Shown here piece after piece: positions 14,461-30,316 of a DNA stretch of 64,000 bases (position 1 is its first letter; every line of letters begins with the position of its first letter). The notes beneath the pieces were generated by a model. That model was not told where the DNA came from. It did no database searches and saw nothing but the letters and a program-made list of their open reading frames with translations. Source of the stretch: Octopus vulgaris (taxonomy: Eukaryota); NCBI GenBank assembly GCA_951406725.2, contig OX597825.1, positions 11,470,001 to 11,534,000 on the forward strand, in the 5' to 3' direction. A program made the translations under genes and the position numbers.

Positions 14461-14508
14461 CATATATATCATCGCACACACAATTGCACACACACACACA
14501 CACACTAC

Positions 14509-14615
<107 letters not shown>

Positions 14616-15254
14616 ACACACATATGTTTTGCCAGCGGAACTTATGCTTTCAATACTCTGCCATCACATCGCTAACTCCGCTCTGTTCTCGAATTATCTA
14701 ATAGCTTCATCTTAAAAGCTAAAACAATGATTCAAGGAGATGTCCAAAATCCCCTCGTAGCTCAGTGTACACCAAAACGTGCCAGATTTCCTGGAACCTC
14801 CCTATCCTCTGTCACTTAGTTTCTTCCTGTTTCCTTATTAGCCACAAAGGGCCCAAACCCTCAGTTTCTTCCAAAGATTAAATGGAAGCCATGTTGTTAC
14901 GTCTGATATCGCCAAAGAACAACCTCCAAGTTAAGTTACTCGAACAAGATTCACATCGATCTCTTCTTCTTTCTTGGATCAGAAAACCCACAACAATTCA
15001 AATTTCTGCTTCTCAAATTTTCTTTCTTTTTTTTTCCTTCTATACTTCACTCTCCCTTTCTTTCTCTCCATCTAACTCTCTCCTTCTTTCTTTCTCTTCC
15101 TTTCTCTATTTCTCTCTCTGTATCTCTCCTCTTTTTTATTCCTAATTGCATACTTTTATTTGTTCATCTTTCCCCCCACCCCCTTTATTCGTTGATGATA
15201 ATATTGAGCAATGTCATGGTGACGATCATAATCACGATTCCCATGGTTATCAAC

Positions 15255-15875
15255 TACTCCACCTCCTCCTGTCTTCCACCCACTCGTGTCCTCCACCTCT
15301 TCCTGTACTTCCCCTCCTTCTGTTCTCTCCCCCTCTCCTCTCCTAACCCTCTGTTCCACCTCTTCCTCTCTTCCCTCTTCCCTCTTCCTCTCCTCCTCCT
15401 CTCTCTTCCTCTCCTCCTCCTCCTCTCTCTTCCTCCCCTCCTCCTCCCTCTTCCTCTCCTCCTCCTCCCTCTTCATGTCCTCCCCTTCCCTCTTTCTCTC
15501 TTTTCCTCCTCCCCTCTTCCCCTCCCTTCTCCCCCATCATTTCCCCCTTCCTCCTCAGAAACCTCCCCTCCCACTTCCCCTCCCCCTCCACGCCTTCCTC
15601 CCCATCTTCCTCCCTTCTCCCCTTCCCCTTCACTCCCCTCCCCTCCCCTCTTCCCCTTCTCCTCCCCGTTCCCCTCATCCACCTCCTTCGCACCTCTCTT
15701 TTTCTCCTCTTTTTCCTGCTCGCCTTCTCCTCTTTTCCTTGTCTCTCCCTCCTCCCCCTCCTCTTCTTCCCCTTCCTTCTCTCTTTTCTTGCTCTTCCCC
15801 TCCCCTTCCCCTCCTCCTCCTCCTCCTCCTCTTCCTCCTTCAACCCCCATTTCTCCATCTCTTCCACTCCTTTCT
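15255..15875 (+). repeat. ~620-bp polypyrimidine (CCT/CT-rich) tract
   Basis: Almost only C and T on the + strand. Confidence 0.95.
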
Positions 15876-16309
15876 CATTCGCGCGATAGAGTCTTTACAT
15901 GACAATTTACATGCATCTCTCTACTTGTTGTTGCTCCTATAACTCTTGTCAGTCTGACCACTTCAGCTGCAAACCTCATTGTCTAACAGCCATCTCAGTG
16001 TATAAAGACTGAAACAATCATAAACTGGGCCTGCTTTCACACCTTCCCAGCTTTTGTTTTCTACTAATTTATATCATATCTAGAAATGAAAGAACGAATA
16101 GAATAGACACACACACATACACATACAATTACACCCCACCACACAATATATGCGCCCACACGCGATCCCACGCACGTGAAGACACAGATATACGCACCCA
16201 TATAACAAACATGTACACGCTTCTTTTCATGAGCATGTATATAACATTCTCTTAATTTCTCTCTTTACCTCTATTATATGTACGCGTGCTTCATACATAT
16301 ATACATAAA

Positions 16310-16381
<72 letters not shown>

Positions 16382-16395
16382 ACATACACACATAC

Positions 16396-16462
<67 letters not shown>

Positions 16463-16819
16463 CACACACAGATACGCATATCTACATTGATATACATATA
16501 TACACATATATTCATGCATATAAAATCATATATATATATATATATTTAACGCACAATATAAAGGCATATACATATATATGGTTTTGTCTTTATATGTATA
16601 CACACGCACCCACATACAAATTCATATATATTCACACACATATATATATGTATGTAGATATCGCAAACAGATAGCATTAATTGGATATACTCACTTTCAC
16701 ACACATGTATGTATGTATGTATATATATATATATATATATATAAATATATATATGTGTGTGTGTATGTATATATGTATGTATATATGTATGTATGTATAT
16801 ATGTATGTATGTATGTATG

Positions 16820-16850
<31 letters not shown>

Positions 16851-17640
16851 ATATATATATATATATGTGTATATATATATATATATATGCTTTCATGCAC
16901 GCACATGTATACATCACATATCTCTCTACAAAATACTTTTAACTTATCTCTAATTTTGATTTGATTATTTCCTTCTCATTTTAACTATTTATTTTTTTTC
17001 CTTTTTGATAACATATATCAGGTTTCGTTATATGTCGGATTGCATTAACACTTCCCGCCTGTATAGAAAACTCTTCTCAATTTGCCTTAGAATACAACCG
17101 ACTGTAGTCAAAGGCAGCATTAGTTCAATTACTTCCATTCGGATAAAACTTTCCAGAATATTTCAGAATAAACGTGTAAAATATAGTCACGGCAACAAGA
17201 ATAAATATTTGTAGCGCAGTTCAATAAATGTTTGTGTTAGTAAAATAAAGGCGGGAGGATGAAGAGACGAACGGCGGGAAACATAGGAAATTGAAGAAAG
17301 CATTTATATAACCATACACTATTACTGCACCGTAATATCCTTGGTTACTAACGCTGAACAAGCTTTTAAAGCACAATGGAGGCGAAGTAATGGTTTGAAC
17401 TTACTATTTAAATAGAAAAGCAAAGCAACGGGCAATTATGATAGCTTGGGTGTAAAATATGGGGAAAGCGAAGAGTAGAAGGTCGTAAATTTGTTTATTA
17501 CTTTGTATACATAAGACCTACACATGCTTTATAACAGCCTTCTCGGCAATGAAAAAACTGCTTACACATAGTCAAATACGGGTATTTGCATATATACAAC
17601 CATGTATGCACAATGCAATAATTATATATATGTATATACA

Positions 17641-17673
<33 letters not shown>

Positions 17674-17744
17674 GTATATATATGTATATATATATATATA
17701 TATCTATATATATATATGTATGTATATATATATATATACATACA

Positions 17745-17822
<78 letters not shown>

Positions 17823-17854
17823 CATACATATATATATATGTATATATATGTATG

Positions 17855-17887
<33 letters not shown>

Positions 17888-17946
17888 GTATGTATGTATA
17901 CATATATATATGTCAGTAAATGGTGAAATTGTGTTAACATTCCTCT

Positions 17947-17992
<46 letters not shown>

Positions 17993-18207
17993 CACATATG
18001 CGTATATATATATGTATGTATATATATATATATATATATGCATATGTATACAATCACATAGTCAACTGCGTGTATATTTACTTACATAAATATGGAGGTA
18101 CAAACGAATAAGCATGTATATATATATATATATACGTGGGTGGGTGTCTATGTATGTATGTGTGTTTGTATAAATATGCATAATATACATATTTACATAT
18201 TATACAT

Positions 18208-18270
<63 letters not shown>

Positions 18271-18752
18271 TCTGTAAGCGTACAAGCATACACAAACACA
18301 TCAACCACAGACATATAGACAAATACGCAAAGTATACACTAATTCGTTTACTATTAAATAGATCTGCACATAGCTTTTTATAAGCATTCAGCTCGTCACA
18401 AATATATGTCAATAGAAATACATTGCCCATATTTTGATCAATACGCACATAATACAAACATTGCTACACAGAATGAAATATACTGTCGCTTTCTCTCTCT
18501 CTCTCTCTCTCTCTACATATATATTGCAGTGCAGTTTTATTAGACGCGCACTTCTGGTACACGTTTTCTCGCAAGGTAACCACCACACATATGCATATAT
18601 ATATAGATACACACACACACATATATATACACATATATATATATGTATACATACATACAAACTTATATATATATATATATTTGTATATATACACACAATC
18701 ACATAAACACACAATTTTGACATACATAAAACATGCTCACTCTGTCTCTCTC

Positions 18753-18789
<37 letters not shown>

Positions 18790-18918
18790 GTATATGTATA
18801 AAACACAAACACACACATATATATACACAAACACACACATATAAAACACAAACACACACATATATATATGTAAATAGGAAGTGTAAGTTCACACTCCCAC
18901 ACTTGTGTGCATAAGTAT

Positions 18919-18985
<67 letters not shown>

Positions 18986-20114
18986 ATGTGTGTGCATATA
19001 TGTTTATATATATATGTATATGTCTATATACATATGTGCATATATATATATATATACATATATAGTTATATATATTTATATATATATATATATAAATGTG
19101 GTTATACATACATATGGATATATACGTATATATATATGTATATATATATATGTATATATATATGTGTGTGTGTGTGTGTGTGCATATGAGTATACATAAC
19201 ACCTGTATACGAACACTTACAAGCACAAATATATATGAAATAAATAAATACGAATCGAAAGAAAAATGGAAAGAGAGATTAATGATGGAGATGCTGAATG
19301 GTGGGGGTGGGGTGGGGGTGGAAGCTACAGACGTAATGTTTCCTCGAGATCAAATGCTTCATTGTTACAGCAAATGGATGGTTGGATGAACGTAGAACAA
19401 AACGTAAAACCAAAAGCTATATTGTTAATGAAAATGAGTTATCACTGTATAAACACACACACAGCCGACAAAAACCGAGAGTTGAAAGCCAGAAAACTTC
19501 TCCTTTGGGATGCATTCATCAAAGTGCATCCAGCTACTTGCAATATATATCCAATTTGTCACATTTCAAATCTGCTTTGCCATTGAATTTACGCTATGCG
19601 CACTATAAAACTAATTGTTGGTTGCGGAGGAGAATGTTATGTTAAATTTAGAGCTCTGTGGCTTAAATATACACTTTTCTACTATGCCTGTATTATATTA
19701 GTAACTTAATCCTCGGCTTTATAAGCGCCAATACGTTTATACCACTTGTATTACTTTCCATATATTCAATTTCAATTTTCGGAATGAAATCCTGCTATTA
19801 AGGGAATTCTTTGCGACTCTGCTATTTGTACATTGGGTTTTTAGTGGTTTAGTGGTTGGCATCCGTATGGAAATCTAAAGCTGAATAATAAGTAATTTTA
19901 AGCCAAGTAATAAGGTGAAAGGACTTGAGGGAATTGTTTGGAATCGATTCGCAGAGTTTGCTGGAAAATATATATCTGTACACATAATATTTTAAAGTGG
20001 ATGATATGAAAGCTACGGCAACTTAAGATGAATGTTCGTACATTTTATTAGATCTGATCTCGTTGCTGTTTAATTTTAGGATTAACGATAGGACAAACAA
20101 TGAAGGAAATCGGA

Positions 20115-20167
<53 letters not shown>

Positions 20168-20266
20168 GAGAGAGAGAGAAAGAGAGAAAGAGAGAAAGAG
20201 AGAGAGGAGAGAGAGGAGAGAGAGTGTGAAAAGGAGAGAATAATCACACAATCAACAACACACACA

Positions 20267-20315
<49 letters not shown>

Positions 20316-20389
20316 GTATACATACATACATATATATATATATATGTATATGTATACATATATATATATATATATGTATATGTATACAT

Positions 20390-20423
<34 letters not shown>

Positions 20424-20453
20424 GTATATGTATACATATATATATGTATATGT

Positions 20454-20497
<44 letters not shown>

Positions 20498-20503
20498 ATG
20501 TGT

Positions 20504-20589
<86 letters not shown>

Positions 20590-21301
20590 TATGTATACAT
20601 ATATATATATGTATATATATATATCTATATACACACACATAAATGTGGTTATACATATATATGGATATATACGTATATATATACTTATAATTGTGTGCTA
20701 TTTTTATCGATCCTTTCGAGGTGAAAGATCAAGCCAAGCCGATCAGTTTGAACTTTCAAACTCTCAAACAACAACAAGCCAACCAATCAAACTATGATCT
20801 ATCACCAATTCTAATCATAAGTTCTATTACTCTTCCTCTAAACATCATCGCCACCTCCGCACTCGACCGAGTTTAAAAACAAACGAATATTTCCCAATAT
20901 TATGAATACTACAGAGGGCAGTGACAGAAATGGCAAAGTACTGAACGAAGTGCTTTACGATATTTAGTTATGTTGCTTTTAAGTTCAACGTTCAAAAATT
21001 CCCGAGTCTCACTTTACCTTACATTTTCGCCAGGGTTGATGTAATAGATATCAATTCTATAATAGGATACTCTCAGTAATAGAGCGGGATCAATTCAAAT
21101 TGATTGCCTTGTTCTAAGCTCTGAAGTCTCGAGATTCAGTTAGAAGGCAGACGCAATGCTTTGCAGTATTTCGTTACGGTCCTTTACTTTCTAAGTTCAA
21201 ATTCCACTCAGTTCATCTTTATCTTCGATCTTTCTAGGTCAACAAAATAAAGTATCCACTGATCACTGATGTCAATATAATTTACTATCCTTTTTACAAA
21301 A

Positions 21302-21530
21302 GGCGGCAAGCTGGCAGAAACGTTAGCGCGCCGGGCGAAATGCTTAGCGGTATTTCGTCTGTCGTTACGTTCTGAGTTCAAATTCCTCCGAGGTCGACTT
21401 TGCCTTTCATCCTTTCAGGGTTTATAAATTAAGTACCAGTTTCGCACTGGTTCGATGTAATCGACTTAATCCCTTTGTCTGTCCTTGTTTGTCCCCTCTA
21501 TGTTTAGCCCCTTATGGGCAATAAAGAAAT
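21302..21530 (+). mobile_element. SINE family A
   Basis: Near-consensus copy; flanking repeat ATATAATTTACTAT. Confidence 0.92.
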
Positions 21531-21787
21531 ATATAATTTACTATTCTTTTACCATAAATCTGACGTCCTGCAGTTATTTAAGAAATGAATGTTGTAACTT
21601 TTGTTTTGTACGTCGACTGGTAGAATCGAAATCTCATTATACAAAATGACTTTTGCTATTTAGTTGCGTTTCTTTATGTTCTGAAGATCAAATCACATTC
21701 ACTCCAAAATCAATTTCTTATTCACCCATCGTGGATTCATCCTTACCGGTCAATACCAAATTTGATTCATTAGAAAATGCCCCTATC

Positions 21788-21842
<55 letters not shown>

Positions 21843-22988
21843 CTTATGTCTATGTTACCTAAATATTTTCAGTCATGCAACAGGACTTGATGACTAAGGT
21901 CATCTCAAATTGAGTGCTTTGCTAAATTAGGTTCCACCTTACTCGTTCATGTGTTCAATTTCCATGGAAGAGAATTTTGCTGTCATCTCTCCAAGGTTAA
22001 CAGAACGCTACGTCCTTTCCACCATCATCTATCAAATTTATATCTCCCGATTAACAACTCTTGTAATTGAAGCAGAAATAATTATTACCTGAATCAGAGA
22101 TAAAAGCAGAACCAAATAGTTTCAAGTCCTCTTGAAGAAAGTGAGTTTTAAAATATTTTAAGTCGCCTCAGACCAGCTGATGGAACAGGCCTATCATGAA
22201 AGAGTTCCTGTCACGCCTATTCCATATTGTATTCATAGTGCATAAGGTGCCACCGTTTCCAATGTGTCCTTCTCTCCATTTAAATACAAGATGAAGATTT
22301 TGGAGTCGTGTTTTTTCGCGCAAGGCAAGTCACCAGAGAGCCAACGAAATAGCCTCGTTATCTCTTTCAATATATTTTATTGAAAGGAGGTGGAGATAGA
22401 ACCTGATACGAAGTCATATTGATTTCGTAGATTTGTATGTCGTGTTTTCACTTATTTTACTTCATACAAACCCCAACGTTTAAAAGAAATTGCATAATTT
22501 TGTTGCATCATTCACTAATTCACATTGTTCTTCTTCCAGTACCGCGGCAACGAAGTTTCTTTAGTGTTATTTTTCTTCAGTGGTGCAAGTAATTGACTAA
22601 TTATCTCTACCACAGAATAAACAGTGAGAAACCGTTACCCAATAATCAAAAGAAAAAGGAAATGAGGTGCAAGATGTGGTGGTGAAAGACGTAGAATGAA
22701 GTTGTGAAAGAGCGATAAAAAACAACAAAAAACACTATATTAACACCTAGAAATGAATAAATCTATTTTAAGAGTTTTAAGTAAGGATCTAAACGAATCT
22801 TCTGACGTTATTATTAGCAATAATCAGCATATTGTTGTCCATTTTATAGAATAATAGGGAGTGGGTAGTGACCGTAGGTATTGAGTCCTGGTCTCAGTTA
22901 GCTTTATCTAGCCAGCTTTATCTGACACTACGTGGTATGATCTTCGACCAGGTTTACGCACACGTAACGGAAACCATTGAAATATGAT

Positions 22989-23173
22989 GGCGTGCTGGCA
23001 GAACCGTTAGCACGCCGGGCGAAATGCGTAGCCGTATTTCGTCTGCCGTTACGTTCTGAGTTCAAATTCCGCCGAGGTCGACTTTGCCTTTCATCCTTTC
23101 GGGGTCGATTTAATCCGCTCGTCTGTCCTTGTCTGTCCTCTCTATATTTAGCCCCTTGTGGGCAATAAAGAAA
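22989..23173 (+). mobile_element. SINE family A with internal deletion
   Basis: Homologous to other copies; segment between the two GTCGA motifs is missing. Confidence 0.9.
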
Positions 23174-25712
23174 CAGATGATGTCTAGTGAGAGACATTTC
23201 CTCTTCATAGTCATTTTATAACCGCTTCATTTAGAGAAAGTCATGCAATAAAAAACACTAGTGAGAGGTGAATCTTATGCCGGTCATGTAAAACAATGAC
23301 CAGAAGACATACATCAGTTAATTTTGAAAAGTTAGATTTATAATCAGGATTCAGATGGCCCAAGAATATTGCCTGGTAGTGTACAAAGAACGCACGGTCC
23401 GGGAAAAGAATTGTGTGGTTTGTCTTGATTGAGGTTGTCAAATGAATAAATGAATGAATAAGTTGAATAATTCTGTTGCGTCTACGGGTTATTAGCTTCA
23501 TCTTCACCAATCAAAACAGCCCCATCATCAAATATAATTGAAACATTCAAACAAGTTATGCCTCTGGACAGTGTTTCATTGGAGTTGTGTAAAAGTTAGA
23601 GGTGGATATCTTCTTGATCTAAGCTGCCAGAATTGGTGTATAGAACCAAAGCTATCGAATAGCATAGCATCATCGAAAAGTACTTTTGTGAGAATGTTGT
23701 ATCAATAGATCCCCTAAAAGGTGAAGCCAAAATGTGTATTTCTTATACAGAAACGAATAATCAGCATTCTCAAATTCGTTGATACAAATTCTATAAAAAT
23801 GTCTTGGAGTTAGTGAAAGGAAAGTATTGCAAACTGCAAACTTTGAGAGCTCCTGGGCATTTAACGTTTCCCAAGGTGGCTTTATTAAAGACCAACCGAG
23901 TTAGGAACTGCCACCAAGATATCTCCACCAGCGAATTCTCTCATTCATACCACTGTAACAAAATGTACATAACAATACCACTTATATATTAAATCAGTAT
24001 TTGGCCTAACAAGTGTATTTTCAGCAGTATTTAAGTTTGTGTTTCTGCAAAGAATAATTTCAGCTTCCACTGACGTCACGAAGAATGAAAGAAAATAACG
24101 TTAATGTCGAATCAGAATATGTTTTCTTCTTTTCCTTTTAGCGTTATGGCCAATGGCGAATAGAAAATCTGTGTTGTTATGTAAGTGTTCAAACCAGCAT
24201 TCTTCTGAAAACTCATGGAACCATAAAGGTTTTAAACGGTTATTATAAGTGTGAAGAAAATCATTGTCTGATGGTAAATTAATCTATTTTATCTAGAATG
24301 TGCCTGAATTTGAACTGAAAGCAAATATAGACTAACATACCTTCAGATACAGGTTCCGTAGTTTTATATAAAGAATTACACCATTCTAAAATAACTATTT
24401 TCGGTACTTCTTTTACTTGATTATGCAGGGATAAGGCGACTTATTACGTAGTACAGAGAACAGGAAAATAGTATAAAACGGAATGTCGTACTATACAAAA
24501 CCAATTAGCCGAACATCTCTGTGTTGTAATACAAAATAATTACAAGGTTTACTATGTTAGCAAGTGCCAAAGTAGAAAAATTGAAGTACTGGCATGTTGA
24601 TCGGCATTTTAAATACCATTTCCATTTGAAACTATTTCAGTTTACCAATCCTTCGACAAAAGCGAAAGCCCCAGGCAATAAAATTTCTCTATCACTCTGT
24701 GTCTGTAACATTATGTCTGTGGAGGAAAGAAAAGTATTGCGACTGAAACAATGATTTGGTAACCACAGTAGAGGAACGATCTAAATGGTTTGAAATATTT
24801 GTATTTGTCTTTAAAATACGGAGTTTGAATTCCATCAAGATCGAACTGGCCTTTTATTCCTAACGTATTTATAAAATTACAATCAATATATCAAGACATT
24901 CAATAAAAAAAAAATTCTCTTTACAAAACGTGTGTCAGTGTCTGAAGTCACATCTTTTATTTTTATATGTGTGATTATGGTGACAAGGACAAAAATAGCA
25001 TTTCCACGGAAGTCTGTGATGCGTACGTTTATGAGTAGAAGCAGCAATATAGATGCTCTCTATCTTTAGATCTCTTGTGTCACTTAATGAAACCTTTCAT
25101 TAACTAAGCCAGCTCCATTTATCGATCTCATCAATTTTGCCAGACTACTATAACATAAAAGCGTGTAATTTACATGGTAAACACGAAGATAAATTTATTT
25201 TCTGTTTGCTGTCAAATATCCAGAAAAAATACAGTGTTACGTTTTCATTAGTTGCTATCATTAACCAATTAACCCCACTGGATTTACTAATGTTATTTGC
25301 AAACTAATATTATTAGTAAACAAATAGTAGTTAATTGGTAGTGCTAAGTCAAATAAGTTTTGCTGGCTATGGTTGTGTTTAGTTTAGGAAAAAAAAAACG
25401 GTTTGGAATCATAACGACTACAATGGCTAAAATAATTTACATTTGACCATATTTAAACATGAACAATCTGAAACACACAATATGTCTGGTAGATCTTGAA
25501 ACTCTTTTGAGACGATCGCTTCGACTTACAAATTGATGCGATTAAGAAAATAATTTGAAAATACTTGAAATCAACCCCAAAGGTACTTATTGCATATCAA
25601 GAAAAGCCACGCCACCGCCCGTCAATTTTTAAAAAAAATGTTTTATTATTATTATTATTGTTATTACTAGTATTGTTGTTATACATACATACATGCGTAC
25701 ATACAAGCATAC

Positions 25713-25758
<46 letters not shown>

Positions 25759-28187
25759 TGATAACAATAGTAATAACAAGTGGATGTAAACATGAACATA
25801 ATAAAAAAAAGAATAAACAAAAACAAATTACACGGACGTATATAAACAGAAGATATTACAGGCATTCCCCCCACACATACACACACACACTAAATAAACA
25901 TAGACGCACATAGAGATATACGCATGCGCAAATGAAGACACATACAATAGAAATACAAAATGGCTGACGGTTAGTAAGGAAAGACACACAAATAAGAAAG
26001 AAGAAAGCAAAGGACCACTGATGCAGTCACAGGAGTGGGACGAAAGAACTCTGGCCGATTAATGTAAAAAATAAATAACACTGATGAAAAATAACACCAA
26101 ATATATAGTGCATGTGTTTTTATTGGCTAAACTGGCAAAATGACCATTCCTAACTACAACAATATATGTTTTAACACATGACTTCTCATCAGGAATCTTG
26201 CACAACAAATATATAATCGTAATAATGTAAATAATGTTCAAACATATAATTAATCGGCAGTCGTTTGCAATAAGTGTGACACTGGATCCCGAGCAAGCTG
26301 GAGCAGCAATTAACGATTTTAATCGACCAGATCGACCTCAATGATTATTTAAAGTCCGCTACTCATCGTATCTGTCTCATTTTCTGTCGAAGCGCTAAGT
26401 TACAAGAATATATGCAAACATACAACAGTTATCAAGCAGTGAGAGACACACACACATACACACACACAGCCACACCCTCCCACACAATATAGAAGCCCTT
26501 TAACTTGTGGATGGTTAAAGAGGCTGTGCATGTAGTGTATTATTTTATCCATGGGTTAAATATGTAAAATTTGCAATAATATATTGTAAATTGGAGTCTG
26601 CAGTACTCCAAAACTTTTTTCCGTCAAAAACTGGAACGTTCTGAAACCTGCTGAAGATGCGGTAAATTTAGCAAACTAAAACATCAAATAGATCGATATT
26701 ATCTTGAAAGAGTATACATTGCAAATGTCGAACACTAAAATAGACAACTTTATTTAAAATATTAAGATCGTTTGCTTTTCCCGATATAAAAAAAAGGTCG
26801 TGGGAGAGATAACGGCGATAATTTTCAAATATTCTTTCAAGAATAATAAATATCCTTCTCAAATTAAGTTTCTACAATCGTTCGAAAACAATCTGTTTAT
26901 GTTAAAATATAAATATATAAAGATTGAAATAACATGGCTGCTTTCACCGATAAATTATTTCAGTGACAACTAAAAGATTTACAAAATAGATAAACCCAAC
27001 GACCAGAGACTTCCACCTACTTTTGTAAGTAACATATAGAAAACAAAATTGATTAGAATGCCTTGTTTAAACTCATAATAGAATAATAGAACTAAGATAT
27101 GGATATAGAAATGAAGGTGGAGACCAAAACTCTCGTGCGTGGACACTCTTATTGTTTCATTTAAGCCCAAACGGATAACATATAACCATTTGACTAGATT
27201 GGCTGGAGTTACTACTTCTACCATCGTTATTCTTAGCGAATATATTATGGAGCGTTATATCTATATTGGAATTTAATACTTCTCAATAATTAATCACGTC
27301 TAAAGTGCTATACAGTGGTTCATGTTTAACCCAGTTAACTGAAATTGAAAACACTACATAGATTATAGATTATTATCCATGTGTTTCTTAACATTTGCCG
27401 TTAAATACTTTTAATTGTCCGAACCGTTCTACTCATCGAAAGATCAGTTCTTAAGCATTTTCCTGGCAAGCAAACCCATCATGTACTTTGACTAAGTTAC
27501 TGAGATAAAAAAACACTAAAATTATTCCATTTGATGTCAGCGTGAAGGCTAAATCACAATGAAAGTCAGTGATATTACTAGCCTATAATTACTTAACTAA
27601 ATGAATTTAGTATATGGGGTCGGGAAAATCTCCTTGTCATTTATACTGATCTAAATTTCTAAAGTTTCCAGCACTTTTAAGTTCCAAATGCAGATTGTAA
27701 ACTTCACACTGAATTCCCTACAATCCTGAATCGTAATAATCCTTATATTCTCCAAACAAAAAGGAGAAGAAACAAAACAAAACAAAATCGAAACAAAACA
27801 AACAAAAAATAATGTTACGTTTTACTAATTTTACAAATGATTTAATTGTCCATTAGAATATAATCATCGACTTGAAATTATTTGCATTTCTAAATGTTAA
27901 TCAGTTTTGTTAATGAATCTTGATTGCTACAATAAGGTTATCATGCACAAAGGAATTCAGGATAACTTGAATGTGTGTTGGTTTGTTGTACGTCCGAGCT
28001 GAATGTTTCTTATTGTCAACCACTCCAGGCTATTTTACTCGGATCAAAGAAGTTGGAGTGTAAGAATCTGACCAGTTTGAACACTACTTCCACAGTTATG
28101 CAAGCATCTTTACATCATCAACACGCACACATTTGTTCATATATATGTATCTACATATCTATCCATACATACAAATACACAAACATA

Positions 28188-28269
<82 letters not shown>

Positions 28270-28273
28270 TATA

Positions 28274-28480
28274 GATCGTTAGCCACTACACACATTTTTT
28301 CTCTCCTTTTTTTCTCTCCTTGTTTCTCTCCTTGTTTTTTCTGTGTCCCTTTCTGTAGAAGAGCGGAGGGTCGAAACGAAAAAGACTTATTCTATTCCTG
28401 AGCGTTATACTAATACATCTGTTTGTTTTGTACACAACCTGTCTTCGTCGCCTTTTGTTTTTTTCGTAAACTCTCGCTAA

Positions 28481-28481
<1 letters not shown>
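28274..28481 (+). mobile_element. ~200-bp (TA)n-flanked element with a decayed minimal HHR motif (28349-28384)
   Basis: CTTT-CTGTAGA-A-GAGC-GGAG-GGTC-GAAAC-GAA-AAAG; the triad and stem II are mutated. Homologous to the 29620, 60961 and 63118 copies. Confidence 0.7.
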
Positions 28482-28556
<75 letters not shown>

Positions 28557-28728
28557 ATAGATGTATATTTATATATATGTATGTATGTATATATATATAC
28601 ATACATACATATAGCCCGAGGCTATTGTAGAAGACACTTGGCTAAGGTGCCACACTGTGGGACTGAACCCGGAAACATATGGTTAGTAAGCAAGTTACCA
28701 CACAGCATGTGTGTGCGTATATATATAA

Positions 28729-28771
<43 letters not shown>

Positions 28772-29419
28772 CAGAGCGAGAGATAGAGAGATAGAGAGAA
28801 AGAGAGACAGAGTCCGTCCATTGTTCGACGTGGGGCAGAGCCCAAAACATTTGGCTTCCCGTTATACCACGCTGCAGGATTTTATTCAATCTTCACCAAA
28901 TGAAATCCACATTCGATGCATCATTTTTATAGCACTATAATTAATTTAGCTTATTGAAAGGATGATATAAATTATTATTCTCTTCTAAATATATCGACGT
29001 TACGTATCATTAAGTTAAATATCTACAGTAGTTAATATATCATCTAAGTCCTGTAAATCTATCCATGCGTGCTCCATTATTGATAACTACGTTTTAAAAT
29101 TCTGACACCAAATACCCCCAAAGGTCTTGTCTCCTGTGACAGGAAGTCCATCGTTTGAATGAGTAAATGAACAAATCAAAGGCTTACATGGTAGTGAATT
29201 AGAAGTGTGCAGCTATAGTTGGTTTCCTTCTCAGGTTAACCAACGTAATTTTACTGTGTAAGACCAAGAATTAAAATACAGATCATAACTGTTTTCGCAA
29301 TTAGTAGCTAAACACTATCGTTAGCTTCTTAGTTGGTTGACGTCAAATTATGTAATTAAAACACAGACACATTCATAGTACACACACATGCGTGCGCATA
29401 CACCTATGTACGAAAATTC

Positions 29420-29567
29420 GTGGCTGTGTGGTAACTTGCTTACCAATCACATGGTTCGGCGTTCAGTCTCACCGATTGGCACCTTGGGCAAGTGTCTTCT
29501 ACTATAGTTTCAGGCTGACCAAAACCTTGTGAGTGGATTTGGTAGACGGAATTAGAAAGAACCCTGT

Positions 29568-29620
<53 letters not shown>

Positions 29621-30056
29621 CGGAAGATTTACGAAAATAAACAAAAGACGAAGGCAGGTGGAGTACAAACAAACAAATGTATTAGTATGGCGCTCAGGAA
29701 TATAAATAAAACAAGTCTTTTACGTTTCGAGCCTACGCTCTTCAACAGAAAGATACACTGAAAAGAAACACGGAGAGAAACAAGGAGAGAAAAAATTGCG
29801 TGTAGGGGCTAACGATCCAACATGGCGTTCTATATATATATATATATATATATATACGTATATCAGTGTCCTTGTCCCCCATCACCGTCTGACAACCTGT
29901 GCTGATGAGTTTACATCCCCGTAACATAGCGGTTCGGCAAAATAGTATGATGGAATAAGCACTAAGCTTAAAAATAAGTCCTAGAGTCGATTGTACGAGC
30001 AAAGCGGTGCTCCAGCATGGGCGCAATTGACTGAAACAAGTAAAAGAATAAAAGAA
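29420..30056 (+). mobile_element. SINE family B interrupted by a minimal-HHR element
   Basis: Head GTGGCTGTGTGGTAA..GTTCAGT..CCTTGGGCAAGTGTC; tail TGACTGAAACAAGTAAAAGAATAAAAGAA. Confidence 0.88.
29620..29830 (-). mobile_element. ~200-bp (TA)n-flanked element with a minimal HHR motif (29716-29753), nested in a SINE
   Basis: Minus strand reads TCTTT-CTGTTGA-A-GAGC-GTAG-GCTC-GAAAC-GTA-AAAGA, identical to the motif at 61040-61077. Confidence 0.78.
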
Positions 30057-30316
30057 TATTATTTCCAAGTTTTGGCACAAAGCGCCAATTTTAGATGGGG
30101 GTGTAAGTCCATTACATCAATCCCAGTACTCAGCCAGTCCTTATTTCTCGACCCTGAAAAGATAAAAAGCAAGGTCGACCTCAACGAAATTTGAACTCAG
30201 AACCCAAAGACGGATGAAATGTCGTTAAGACTTTTGCGTAGCTCACTGGCTTCGAAAATTGAATATATTGACTAACTGCAAGAAAGATAATAGAAACAAA
30301 TCACAACTGTATATAT

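Noticed and set aside
15156-15942. Long Pro/Ser- or Glu/Arg/Gly-rich ORFs
   Set aside because: Open in several frames on both strands because of the C/T-only composition.
26160-26200. Minus-strand CTGATGAG..AAAACATAT resembling a hammerhead
   Set aside because: No GAAA and no convincing stem I or II. Other isolated CTGATGA hits (near 2405, 13538, 44333 and 56285) also lack stems.
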